DNA of 64,000 bases from Pseudomonadota bacterium (GTDB taxonomy: Bacteria; Pseudomonadota; Alphaproteobacteria; Sphingomonadales; CAKZYD01): positions 12,030 through 76,029 of the forward strand of contig JBCCAR010000016.1 in NCBI GenBank assembly GCA_039814715.1, in the 5' to 3' direction. The translations under genes were made by a program, and so were the position numbers. Under the pieces are notes generated by a model, which worked only from the letters and a program-made list of their open reading frames with translations, was not told where the DNA came from and made no database searches. This document shows positions 1-9,244 of the stretch, piece by piece. Within the stretch, counting starts at the first letter, position 1. Each line of letters begins with the position of its first letter.

Positions 1-1
1 T

Positions 2-814
2 CTTTGGCAGTCGATCCGCCGGCTGGAAGGCTTTTCGCCGCGCTTTGTGTCGGTCACTTACGGCGCTGGCGGCACAACGCGTGAGCGCACACACCGTACT
101 GTCACCCGCTTGCTTGAAGAAACGCAGCTCAAGCCCGCAGCTCATTTAACCTGTGTTGGGGCCCCGCGCGCAGATGTTGATGCAGTTGTGGATGCTTATT
201 GGGACGCCGGCGTGCGCCATATCGTGGCCCTGCGCGGCGATCCAGAGGATGCCTCCGCGGGGTTCCAGCCCCATCCTGAAGGGTACGAAAGCTCTGTCGA
301 CCTCATCAAATCCATCACGTCGAAACACCCGTTTGAAATCTCCGTCGGCTGCTATCCCGAGCAGCATCCAGAAGCCAAAAACATGGACGCGGACATTGAA
401 TACCTCAAAGCGAAAATCGACGCTGGCGCCACCCAGGCCATCAGCCAATTCTTTTTTGAGAGCAACACCTTTCTCAGGTTCTTAGACAAAGCCCGCGCGG
501 CTGGGATCACCGTACCCATTCTGCCAGGCCTGTTGCCGGTTACGAATTTTAAGCAGCTGACGAAATTCGCTGCGGGATGCGGGGCTGCTGTTCCGGGCTG
601 GATGGCGCACCTTTTTGAAGGCCTAGATGATGAACCTGCCACCCGCAATCTGGTGGCTGCTGCACTGGCAGCTGAACAGTGCCGCAGGCTCTACCAGGCC
701 GGCATTCGCGATTTTCACTTCTACACGCTGAACCGCGCAGAGCTGACCTATGGCCTTTGCCATATGCTCGGCCTTCGAGCAAAAACGACCATAAGGGAGG
801 CAAACGCAGCATGA
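2..814 (+). CDS. metF: 5,10-methylenetetrahydrofolate reductase (5' end cut by the window edge)
   Basis: The frame is open from nt 2 (LWQSIRRLEGFSPRFVSVTYGAGG...). The 'VSVTYGAGG' and 'HFYTLNRAELT' motifs are typical of MetF. The stop overlaps the next start (ATGA at 811-814). Confidence 0.9.
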   Translation, partial: LWQSIRRLEGFSPRFVSVTYGAGGTTRERTHRTVTRLLEETQLKPAAHLTCVGAPRADVDAVVDAYWDAGVRHIVALRGDPEDASAGFQPHPEGYESSVDLIKSITSKHPFEISVGCYPEQHPEAKNMDADIEYLKAKIDAGATQAISQFFFESNTFLRFLDKARAAGITVPILPGLLPVTNFKQLTKFAAGCGAAVPGWMAHLFEGLDDEPATRNLVAAALAAEQCRRLYQAGIRDFHFYTLNRAELTYGLCHMLGLRAKTTIREANAA

Positions 815-1869
815 CGCAAACCAGAGCAGAGAGAGCAGCTAAATTGCGCGAGATGGCTGCAAAGCGTATCTTGGTAAAAGATGGGCCTTATGGAACTGAA
901 ATTCAGCGCCGCAAGCTCAATGAAGCTGATTTTCGCGGAGAACGCTTTGCTGATCACCCCAGTGACCTCAAAGGCAACAATGACATTCTAAGCCTAACAC
1001 GGCCAGATGTGCTTCGCGATATTGCGCGCGATTACATTGCCGCAGGCGCAGATTTGCTCGCAACGAACACCTTCAACGCCAACTCGATCAGCCAAGCTGA
1101 TTACGGCACTGAAAGTGTGACCTTTGATATTAATAAGGCTGCAGCAAAGCTGCTGCGCCAAGAGTGTGACGCAGCGTCGACCCCGGAAAAGCCGCTCTTC
1201 GTTGCGGGCTCCATCGGCCCAACCAATAAGACCCTATCCGTCTCGCCAAAGGTAAGCGATCCTGGCTACCGCGAAGTGACCTTCGATGAGGTCAAAAATG
1301 TTTACCGCGAACAAGTCGAAGGCCTGTTAGACGGCGGCGCAGATGTGATCTTGGTTGAGACCGTGTTCGATAGTCTCAATGCTAAGGCGGCTTTGTTTGC
1401 CGCTTCAGAGGCTGGGGAAGAGCGGGAGGAAGAAATCCCTGTGATGGTGTCCCTGACGCTCACTGATATGGCAGGGCGCAACCTATCAGGCCAAAGCCCA
1501 GAGGCTTTTTGGTATTCAGTGCGGCATGTTAAGCCGATTTTGTTCGGCCTCAATTGTTCCTTCGGCGCGAAAGACTTGAGGGCTTATGTGGCGAGCTTAT
1601 CAAAGATTACCGATACGCTAATCTGCGTATACCCCAATGCTGGTCTGCCAAATGATCTTGGCGAATATGACGAAGCGCCGAACGAAACAGCGGCGTTGAT
1701 TGAAGAATGGGCGGATAATGGTTTGATTAATATGATCGGCGGATGTTGCGGCACAACGCCGGACCATATCGCTGCCATTGGCCGCGCTGTCGCTGGTCAT
1801 CCCCCGCGCCCGATCCCGCAGCTGGAACCGCGCATGCGGCTCGCCGGCATTGATCCCCATATCTTTTAA
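811..1869 (+). CDS. metH: Methionine synthase, stand-alone homocysteine S-methyltransferase (Hcy-binding) domain protein
   Basis: ATG at 811 gives MTQTRAERAAKLREMAAKRILVKDGPYGTEIQ.... The C-terminal 'GGCCGTTPDHI' zinc/Hcy motif is present. The upstream part of ORF 679..1869 overlaps metF and is not needed. Confidence 0.85.
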   Translation: MTQTRAERAAKLREMAAKRILVKDGPYGTEIQRRKLNEADFRGERFADHPSDLKGNNDILSLTRPDVLRDIARDYIAAGADLLATNTFNANSISQADYGTESVTFDINKAAAKLLRQECDAASTPEKPLFVAGSIGPTNKTLSVSPKVSDPGYREVTFDEVKNVYREQVEGLLDGGADVILVETVFDSLNAKAALFAASEAGEEREEEIPVMVSLTLTDMAGRNLSGQSPEAFWYSVRHVKPILFGLNCSFGAKDLRAYVASLSKITDTLICVYPNAGLPNDLGEYDEAPNETAALIEEWADNGLINMIGGCCGTTPDHIAAIGRAVAGHPPRPIPQLEPRMRLAGIDPHIF

Positions 1870-1885
1870 TTAAAGCGACACTTTC

Positions 1886-4528
1886 ATGACCCAGCAAACC
1901 GCGCAATTCATCAATGTCGGGGAGCGGACCAACGTCACCGGTTCGGCCAAGTTCAAAAAACTGATTTTAAATGATCAGTATGATGAGGCTTTGTCTGTTG
2001 CCCGCCAACAAGTGGAAAACGGCGCGCAGATCATTGATATCAACATGGATGAAGGGCTGCTCGACGCGGAAGCGGCCATGCAAACCTTCCTGCAGCTGAT
2101 TGCCGCTGAGCCGGATATTGCGCGCGTGCCGATCATGATTGATTCGTCCAAATGGACTGTCATTGAAGCTGGCCTGAAGTGCGTGACGGGGAAATCCATC
2201 GTCAACTCGATCTCCTTAAAAGAAGGCGAAGAGGCGTTTATTCAGCACGCTAAGCTATGCCTGCGCTATGGCGCTGCCGTTGTCGTCATGGCGTTTGATG
2301 AAGAAGGCCAAGCTGATACCGTTGAGCGCAAAGTCGACATCTGTGCGCGCGCTTATGACGTGCTGGTCAACACCGTCGGCTTTCCAGCCGAAGACATCAT
2401 TTTCGACCCCAATATCTTCGCCGTCGCAACGGGCATTGCCGAGCATAATCGCTACGGCCTTGATTTCATAGAAGCCACACGCGAGATCAAAGCGCGCTGC
2501 CCGCAGGCAAAAATCTCCGGCGGCGTGTCCAACGTGTCCTTCTCCTTTCGCGGCAACAATCCTGTGCGCGAGGCTATGCACTCGGTCTTCCTTTACCACG
2601 CTATTAAAGCGGGTATGGACATGGGCATCGTGAATGCCGGCCAGCTCACGATTTATGAGGACATCCCAAACGATCTGCGCGAGCGGGTTGAAGACGTCGT
2701 GTTAGCGCGGCGCGAGGATGCAACCGATCGCTTGCTTGAAATCGCGGAGAAATACCGCGGCGAGGGCGGCGCGCAGAAAAAAGTGCCAGACTTGAAATGG
2801 CGCGACGCACCGGTTGAAAAGCGCCTAGCGCACGCGCTGGTTCACGGCATTACCGATTTTGTAATCGATGATACAGAAGACGCCCGCCAAAGCGCGGAGA
2901 AGCCAATCCAAGTGATTGAAGGTCCGTTGATGGATGGCATGAACATCGTGGGTGATTTGTTTGGGTCAGGCAAAATGTTCTTGCCGCAGGTCGTCAAATC
3001 TGCGCGCGTCATGAAGCAATCCGTGGCGCACTTGATCCCCTTCATTGAAGAGGAAAAGCAGGGCGGGGAAAGCCAGGCCAAAGGCAAAATCGTGATGGCG
3101 ACGGTGAAAGGCGATGTGCACGACATCGGTAAAAACATCGTTGGCGTGGTTCTGCAGTGTAACAACTTTGAAGTCATTGACCTTGGCGTCATGGTTCCAG
3201 CGCAGAAAATTCTGGATGTAGCGGAAGAAGAAGGCGCTGACATTATTGGCTTGTCCGGTTTGATCACGCCCAGCCTCGATGAAATGGTGTTCGTGTCTGA
3301 AGAAATGCAGCGCCGCGATTTTAAATGCCCGCTGCTTATTGGCGGCGCAACAACCAGCAAGGTCCACACCGCGCTGCGCATTGAACCTAAATATGACCAC
3401 GCAACTGTGCATGTGCTGGATGCCAGCCGCGCGGTTGGTGTCGCCAGCAACTTGCTCAGCGATGAAGGCGCTGATGAATTCATTGATCAGGTCCGCAATG
3501 ATTATGACCAAATCCGCGCCAAACGCGATGGCGGCAAGGCGATCGTCCTAGCGCCTTATGAAGAAGCAGCTGCCAATGGCGCTGCATTGGATTGGAACGG
3601 CTATCAGCCGCCCCAGCCCAAGACCATAGGTGTGACAGTGATAGAAGACTATCCGCTCGGTAAGTTGGTGGACCGGATCGACTGGACGCCGTTCTTCCAA
3701 ACTTGGGAGCTGGCAGGGCAATACCCAGCCATCTTAGAAGATGATGTGGTCGGCGAAAGCGCGCGCGGCTTGAAGGCCGATGCTGACGCCATGCTGACCC
3801 AGATTGTCGATGAAAAGTGGCTCACGGCCAAAGCTGCCTATGGCTTCTGGCCCGCGAGTGCCCGCGGTGATGATCTGGTCGTGTGGGCTGATGAGAGCCG
3901 CAGCAAAGAGCTTGCTGTTCTGCCCATGCTGCGCCAGCAAATGCAGCGCAGGGCTGGGCGCGCCAACATGTCCCTGGCTGACTTTGTGGCGCCAGAGGAG
4001 AGCGGCGTTGCTGACTATATCGGCGGCTTTGCCGTCACCACGGGACACGGCATTGAAGAGCATATCGCTCGCTTTAAAGCCGCGCATGACGACTACAACG
4101 ACATTCTCCTGAAAGCGCTCTCAGACCGGCTCGCCGAGGCTTTTGCTGAAAAGCTCCATGAAGACGTGCGCAAAACCCATTGGGGCTACGCCGCCAGCGA
4201 AGAGCTCAGCAATGAAGCCCTGATCAAAGAAAAATACCAAGGCATCCGTCCGGCACCGGGCTATCCAGCCTGCCCAGATCATAGCCTGAAGCCAATTCTG
4301 TTCGACTTGCTGGGCGCTACCAAAGCGGCTGGGATTGAACTCACCGAAAGCTTCGCCATGACACCGACCGCTGCCGTCTCGGGCCTTTATTTCAGCCACC
4401 CAGACAGCCGCTATTTCGGTGTCGGCAAAATCGGTCCAGATCAAGTCGAAAGCTACGCCGCCCGCCGCGATGTCGATCTGGCTACGGCCACACGCTGGCT
4501 ACGGCCGAATTTGGGGTATGATGCTTAG
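1886..4528 (+). CDS. metH: Methionine synthase, pterin-binding + B12-binding + AdoMet-activation domains
   Basis: 880 aa. Contains a pterin-binding region ([12 protein letters not shown]...), the B12 motif 'GDVHDIGKN' (DxHxxG) and an AdoMet-activation C-terminus (PGYPACPDH). Confidence 0.9.
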   Translation: MTQQTAQFINVGERTNVTGSAKFKKLILNDQYDEALSVARQQVENGAQIIDINMDEGLLDAEAAMQTFLQLIAAEPDIARVPIMIDSSKWTVIEAGLKCVTGKSIVNSISLKEGEEAFIQHAKLCLRYGAAVVVMAFDEEGQADTVERKVDICARAYDVLVNTVGFPAEDIIFDPNIFAVATGIAEHNRYGLDFIEATREIKARCPQAKISGGVSNVSFSFRGNNPVREAMHSVFLYHAIKAGMDMGIVNAGQLTIYEDIPNDLRERVEDVVLARREDATDRLLEIAEKYRGEGGAQKKVPDLKWRDAPVEKRLAHALVHGITDFVIDDTEDARQSAEKPIQVIEGPLMDGMNIVGDLFGSGKMFLPQVVKSARVMKQSVAHLIPFIEEEKQGGESQAKGKIVMATVKGDVHDIGKNIVGVVLQCNNFEVIDLGVMVPAQKILDVAEEEGADIIGLSGLITPSLDEMVFVSEEMQRRDFKCPLLIGGATTSKVHTALRIEPKYDHATVHVLDASRAVGVASNLLSDEGADEFIDQVRNDYDQIRAKRDGGKAIVLAPYEEAAANGAALDWNGYQPPQPKTIGVTVIEDYPLGKLVDRIDWTPFFQTWELAGQYPAILEDDVVGESARGLKADADAMLTQIVDEKWLTAKAAYGFWPASARGDDLVVWADESRSKELAVLPMLRQQMQRRAGRANMSLADFVAPEESGVADYIGGFAVTTGHGIEEHIARFKAAHDDYNDILLKALSDRLAEAFAEKLHEDVRKTHWGYAASEELSNEALIKEKYQGIRPAPGYPACPDHSLKPILFDLLGATKAAGIELTESFAMTPTAAVSGLYFSHPDSRYFGVGKIGPDQVESYAARRDVDLATATRWLRPNLGYDA

Positions 4529-4640
4529 GGGTCGCTAAGAGCCCGAAGGAGACTCTGGTCGGCGCCGAATTAGCTACTCGGTTTCGCAGATGCAGCAAGA
4601 ATTTGCAGTTCAAGAAGCACCTCTGGTTGAGCCGCGCAGC

Positions 4641-5525
4641 CTAAAGTTTTGCGACCAAGGCAGAGTAATATTGGTTTCGCGGATCATCCAGTTTTTGTAT
4701 GTTTAGCGTGCTCAACAGCAAATTCATAAACGCTTCGTACACAACCCTTCGAGACAGGTTGATACGCTTTGTGCGATACAAAAACCAATGAAATACAAGC
4801 CTCGAAACGACTTTGCCAAAAAAAGACCGCACGCCACAAAGTGTGTGGTAAGTCGCTGCAGGTAGAATACCGGTTTGGAACGAGCCAATTGCCTTCGCAT
4901 TGGAAAGTAGAGTTTTGGTCCGAACAAAGGGCTCCTGATTTCCAGGTGTTGCAATTATGGACATTGGTTTAAGCCGATCAAATAATTTCTTATCATGCCC
5001 GATATACTTAAAATCTAACGCGCAAATGCGTTTGAGTTTGCGCGATAGTCTATCCCGGAAGGCGTGAAATTCATTCTCGATGACCTTGCGCTTATTCGTT
5101 GTAGCGAATAGAGAAAGCGCGGCTGTGAACTGGAAATCCAGGATAACGTCAGATTCCCAACTATAGCCATAGGTATAGAAAACTCTGGGGTGGTCAATTG
5201 CGAGGCCCCGGATGTCATCATAATCACGGTCCATTGCAACTAAAACATGTGATATGTCTTCTCGGATAATTTTCTCAGCCATAGGTCTAACAACTGATTT
5301 GCCACCGAGGCTTTTGCAGCGAACGGATAATCCACTTTCTGAAAGCACACGTTCCCAAAAGACTTCGTCTAAAGATGAACCTTCCCCGTCTATCTCTTTG
5401 CCCTCGCAATAGACCACAAAGTCTACGTCATAAAAGAGATGCTCGTTCTCGATTCCTTGATTCGACCTAGTGAACATCCGAAATACACTGCTCGATTCGT
5501 ATGACTCGGTCTTGAAAAGCGCCAA
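4641..5525 (-). CDS. DUF4435/Toprim-like putative nuclease (AriB-like partner of the upstream ATPase)
   Basis: 294-aa ORF in low-G+C DNA. It has 'FVVYCEGKE' (Glu41), then 'GGKS', then 'LVAMDRDYDD' (Asp99-x-Asp101), which is the Toprim-type acidic motif order. It overlaps the ATPase gene on the same strand. The start is uncertain (ATG 5525 or ATG 5477). Confidence 0.6.
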   Translation of the reverse strand: MALFKTESYESSSVFRMFTRSNQGIENEHLFYDVDFVVYCEGKEIDGEGSSLDEVFWERVLSESGLSVRCKSLGGKSVVRPMAEKIIREDISHVLVAMDRDYDDIRGLAIDHPRVFYTYGYSWESDVILDFQFTAALSLFATTNKRKVIENEFHAFRDRLSRKLKRICALDFKYIGHDKKLFDRLKPMSIIATPGNQEPFVRTKTLLSNAKAIGSFQTGILPAATYHTLCGVRSFFGKVVSRLVFHWFLYRTKRINLSRRVVYEAFMNLLLSTLNIQKLDDPRNQYYSALVAKL

Positions 5526-6753
5526 CTATATCTGGCGAGTGAGTAGCGGAGATTACCTGGCAGGATCCATTGAGGCTGCGGATGTTCTCAAATAGCGAAC
5601 TTTGCCAGCTTACATGCAGTGACAACTCAGGCTCGTCTGAGATAAAGACCACTGGACGCTCTTCCTGAAGTAACGCTTCACCTAACAGGATGAACAACTG
5701 CTTTTCACCTGAAGAAAACACGTTGATGTCTACTTTTTCGTCTGATGCAAGATGAACCTTTGGATTATTCCTTGCATCGAAATGAAGTTCTTTTCCAGAA
5801 AGGAGTTTGTTGATGATACGCTCGAATTGGATACGAGGTGCAAAGATCGCTTCACGCTTGGACTGAAGATCTCTCCATTCGTTGATCATCTCGCTCACAC
5901 GTCTTGCATCTGAAAGCGTGATCGCATCCTCTAATGTTAAAGACCTATTTTCTTCAAAACCTTTTTTGGCTTCATCAAGCCTAGAAAAGTGAGTGTTCAC
6001 GCTCTTTTTTGCCTTCGTGTTGCTTACGCCTAAGTCTCTGAGAACCCCCACTACCGTGCTTTTGTCTTCAGGTTCCGCTATGACTTGGCTAAGTACATCG
6101 CTACTGCCCCGGTTTTTATCCAAAAGAGAAAGAAAAACATGCTCTTGGAAGTTCTTGCTCTCGTCTTCAGCCTGCGAAGTCAAAAGAGAAAAGTACTGAG
6201 AAAAGGCTTGTGAGAGATGATTTATTTTCTGATCAACTGAAGACTGATATCCCTCTTCTCGACGATTTCGGCGTTCAATCTCCGAACTGGACCGATGAAT
6301 TGAGAGCCAGTTAACTTCGACCAAGTCGGCTAAGATTTTACTTAGCCTTGCACCTTCTTCCATGTATCGGCGAGATCGCGTGTATCTGTAATCTTTGTAT
6401 ATTCTTTCATCATATGGACCTTCAACACCGTAGGTGCGGCCTTTATCGCTAGATTTTTCTTTAACCGTGTATCGCAGTTCGAAACTGCCCATCTTCGTAT
6501 CAACAACTTTGGCTACTTCGATTACCGGTTTTCGGTTAGCGCCAATGGTTTTTAATCGGATCGTAACCTTCTCAAATTGGCCCGAGTAAAGAGCTGGAAT
6601 ATCAGCTCTCAATACTGCGGAGATGAGATTGATGATCGTTGTCTTGCCGCTTCCATTTGGCCCGATGAGGAAGTTCAGATCATCCCGGAGTTCTAAGGAT
6701 ACATTCTTTCGTCCCCAGAAACCCTCGATTTCGACGTGTTCTATGTAATTCAA
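5467..6753 (-). CDS. ABC/SMC-type ATPase with coiled-coil insert (AriA-like, AAA_15/AAA_21 type)
   Basis: 428 aa. Motifs: Walker A 'GPNGSGKTT' (aa 31-39), ABC signature-like 'SSGEKQ' (aa 347-352), Walker B/D-loop 'VVFISDEPELSLH' (aa 368-380) and H-loop 'ATHSPD'. A long charged insert lies between the halves. It uses a TTG start directly after an in-frame stop, and the DNA is low G+C. Confidence 0.75.
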   Translation of the reverse strand: MNYIEHVEIEGFWGRKNVSLELRDDLNFLIGPNGSGKTTIINLISAVLRADIPALYSGQFEKVTIRLKTIGANRKPVIEVAKVVDTKMGSFELRYTVKEKSSDKGRTYGVEGPYDERIYKDYRYTRSRRYMEEGARLSKILADLVEVNWLSIHRSSSEIERRNRREEGYQSSVDQKINHLSQAFSQYFSLLTSQAEDESKNFQEHVFLSLLDKNRGSSDVLSQVIAEPEDKSTVVGVLRDLGVSNTKAKKSVNTHFSRLDEAKKGFEENRSLTLEDAITLSDARRVSEMINEWRDLQSKREAIFAPRIQFERIINKLLSGKELHFDARNNPKVHLASDEKVDINVFSSGEKQLFILLGEALLQEERPVVFISDEPELSLHVSWQSSLFENIRSLNGSCQVISATHSPDIVGAFQDRVIRIEQCISDVH

Positions 6754-6960
6754 CTACTTGCTTTCACTTCAGGACGGCTAAGGATCTGCTCTTCTTTGTT
6801 GATCCTAGACCCGTGCCTGGTCGCTGGGCAACTCAAATCCCGGACGTAAAGCAGATTTGAAAACTCGACTGGCATAATAAAATTTAGCGATGCAAAATCT
6901 TGTGCAACCGCACCCAATGTCCCCAAGGTCCCAACCCCAGACGCTTCAACCAGCGTAGCT

Positions 6961-8739
6961 TTACGGATCATCTTTGACACTAATCGCATCTAGCACATTG
7001 TCAAAGCGGGTGAAGACGATGTCGCGTTTGGCGAAGATGTCGCCGGATCGCTGGGCCATGAGGCGGTCTTGATCGCGGACGCGAAATTCTTGGCCGATGG
7101 ATTCGACAACGTCCTCCTCGGTGTCCAGCAAGCGCAGGCCTTCAAGGCCAAGGCGGACGGAGGATTCAAAGGTTTCGCGAATAACAAAGTCTGCGCCAAG
7201 CTCAAGGAGTTCTAGGGCGTGAATGCGGTCATAGGCGCGCACTAAGATGCGCAGCTTGGGGAAGCTTGCACGCAGCATGGCGACCAATTTCTTGCACACA
7301 GCGCGATTGTTGATGGTGATGAAAATGAGCCCCGCGCTTTCAGCGCCTGCTGCGCGCAGGACATCCATGCGCGTGATATCGCCATAATAGACTTTGTTGC
7401 CAAACTTCTCGGCTGTGCGAATGCGCTCGGGGTCCATGTCAATGGCTGTCACTGCGATGCCGCGCGCCATCATCAGCTGGGTGACGATTTGCCCGATGCG
7501 GCCAAAGCCAGCGACAATCACATCTTTGCTTTCAGCGTGCTCAACGCCTTTCATGTCGTCTGGCACAGCTTCGGTCCGGGGGCGGGCAATAAAACGCTCA
7601 ACCGCCATGCCGATCAGCGGCGTCATCGCCATGGAGAGGGTGACGGAGGCCGTGAGGAGGCTGGCCTGCGCCTGCGACAACAGCATGGCGCCTTGAGCCG
7701 CAGTGAACAAAACGAAGGCGAATTCGCCGCCTTGGGGGAGGAGCCCTGCCACGCGCAGCGCCTCATCGCGCTCTGAGCCGAACACACGTGAAAGAAGATA
7801 CAAAATCAAAAATTTGACGGATAGGAGCGCGGCGACAATGAGCAGCACTTCAATCATCCGGCCAAAGACCAATGGCCAGTTAACAAGCATGCCCACCGAC
7901 ATGAAGAACAAGCTGAGGAGGAGGGCGCGAAAGGGCTCAATATCTGCTTCAATCTGGTGCCGGAATTCAGATTCAGCGAGCAGGACGCCGCCTAAAAAGG
8001 CGCCTAGGGCCATCGATAACCCCACTGCATCCATCAGCAAAGCGGCGCCAACCACCATGAGCAGCGCAGCAGCACCGAATACCTCGCGCGAGCCGGTGTT
8101 GGCCATCAACCGGAAGATAGGTTTAAGAATGAACCGCCCGCCAATAACGAAAGCCACCATGACGAAGATCATCTTGGCGATCTCAAGCCAATCAATCCCG
8201 GCCGTGTCGCTTGTGGGCGTTAAAAAGGCGACGAGGCCCAGCAGGGGGACAATGGCTAAATCTTGGAAGAGAAGGATGGAAAAGGCCCGCCGGCCATAGA
8301 CCGAGCTGCGCGCGCCGCGTTCATCCAGCAATTGGATGCCAAACGCGGTTGAAGATAGGGCGAGCGCGAAGCCAACAATCCAAGCGGTTGCCGAGCTGAG
8401 GCCAAACATCATGGTGATCCCGGCGATGACGAGGCCGGTGAGGACGACTTGGACCAAGCCGAGGCCAAAGATTTCGCTGCGCATGCGCCACAACCGGGCT
8501 GGATTAAGCTCCAGGCCAATGACAAATAGCAGCAACACAACGCCGAACTCGGCAACAGCAAGAATACTCTCGCCATCTGAAATGAGATTGAGCGCATGCG
8601 GCCCGATCAATGTGCCAGCGGCTAGATACCCTAAGATTGTTCCAAGACCGAGACGTTTAAAGATAGGCACAACGGCAACCGTCGCCGCTAGGAACACGCC
8701 AGCCGAGGCAAGTAGGTCTCCACCAGCGGCTGCCATCAA
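6961..8739 (-). CDS. kefB: Glutathione-regulated K+ efflux / CPA2 cation:proton antiporter with TrkA-N domain
   Basis: 592 aa. Multi-pass Na_H-exchanger-like N-terminus, then the Rossmann motif 'VIVAGFGRIGQ' (TrkA-N). The kefB versus kefC call is not resolvable by eye. Confidence 0.8.
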   Translation of the reverse strand: MMAAAGGDLLASAGVFLAATVAVVPIFKRLGLGTILGYLAAGTLIGPHALNLISDGESILAVAEFGVVLLLFVIGLELNPARLWRMRSEIFGLGLVQVVLTGLVIAGITMMFGLSSATAWIVGFALALSSTAFGIQLLDERGARSSVYGRRAFSILLFQDLAIVPLLGLVAFLTPTSDTAGIDWLEIAKMIFVMVAFVIGGRFILKPIFRLMANTGSREVFGAAALLMVVGAALLMDAVGLSMALGAFLGGVLLAESEFRHQIEADIEPFRALLLSLFFMSVGMLVNWPLVFGRMIEVLLIVAALLSVKFLILYLLSRVFGSERDEALRVAGLLPQGGEFAFVLFTAAQGAMLLSQAQASLLTASVTLSMAMTPLIGMAVERFIARPRTEAVPDDMKGVEHAESKDVIVAGFGRIGQIVTQLMMARGIAVTAIDMDPERIRTAEKFGNKVYYGDITRMDVLRAAGAESAGLIFITINNRAVCKKLVAMLRASFPKLRILVRAYDRIHALELLELGADFVIRETFESSVRLGLEGLRLLDTEEDVVESIGQEFRVRDQDRLMAQRSGDIFAKRDIVFTRFDNVLDAISVKDDP

Positions 8740-8797
8740 TTCCTCTCCTGTCGCGTGCGGCGCGTCGTAGCGCCGATGTCGGTATTTTTATAGCGGG

Positions 8798-9169
8798 CTA
8801 ACCAGCAACTGGGCCAGTATAAATGCAGCCTTCTTGGCAAGACCCACGCAAGACCTTCACCTGGCTCAAAAGTGGCAAGCGCGGATGAGTCTTCTGCCAA
8901 ATCCACATACAAATGTGTTCAAGTGTTGGCACGGTTAGGCCGTCAATTTCGTTTAGGTACTGATGATCGAGGGCGCCGCGAATGTCGGCGATGACCACAT
9001 CTATTTCTGCAAAATCGCACACCCAGCCAGTTTGCGCGTCTGGTTCGCCAGAAAACTGCAGTTCCACATCAAAGCTGTGCCCGTGCAGGCGGCTGTACTT
9101 GTGGCTATCGGGCACATTAGCGGCCAGTTGGTGCGCAGCGTCAAACTGAAACTGTTTTATCAGAAGCAT
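8798..9169 (-). CDS. queD: 6-carboxy-5,6,7,8-tetrahydropterin synthase
   Basis: 123 aa. 'FQFDAAHQL...RLHGHSFDVEL' matches the PTPS/QueD His-triad pattern. Confidence 0.8.
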   Translation of the reverse strand: MLLIKQFQFDAAHQLAANVPDSHKYSRLHGHSFDVELQFSGEPDAQTGWVCDFAEIDVVIADIRGALDHQYLNEIDGLTVPTLEHICMWIWQKTHPRLPLLSQVKVLRGSCQEGCIYTGPVAG

Positions 9170-9244
9170 GATGTTTTTACCAGATGCGGGCCAACGTGGC
9201 GTGCCGCGCGGACATGCCTTTCTAAGTCGGGTATTTCAAGTCCT

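Noticed and set aside
679-810. N-terminal extensions of ORF-track entries (679..1869, 10948..11577, 18960..20906, 31748..34504, 61013..61561, 22768..24957)
   Set aside because: In each case an internal ATG or GTG with an RBS gives the family-typical N-terminus or signal peptide. The extension either overlaps the neighbouring gene or is non-conserved-looking sequence.
2842-3511. Long antisense ORFs inside metH. Similar shadow ORFs occur elsewhere, e.g. 14639..15469, 27920..28405, 29341..29979, 43743..44274 and 54089..54855.
   Set aside because: These are typical high-G+C shadow ORFs opposite well-supported genes with clear family motifs. Their translations are Arg/Ala/Ser-rich with no recognisable motifs.
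4680-6972. 9-nt direct repeat cggatcatc at 4680-4688 and 6964-6972, considered as possible att-like islet boundaries
   Set aside because: It is too short to be significant. The left copy lies inside the Toprim-like coding sequence rather than at the compositional boundary, and the right copy overlaps the efflux-gene stop codon. It is probably chance.
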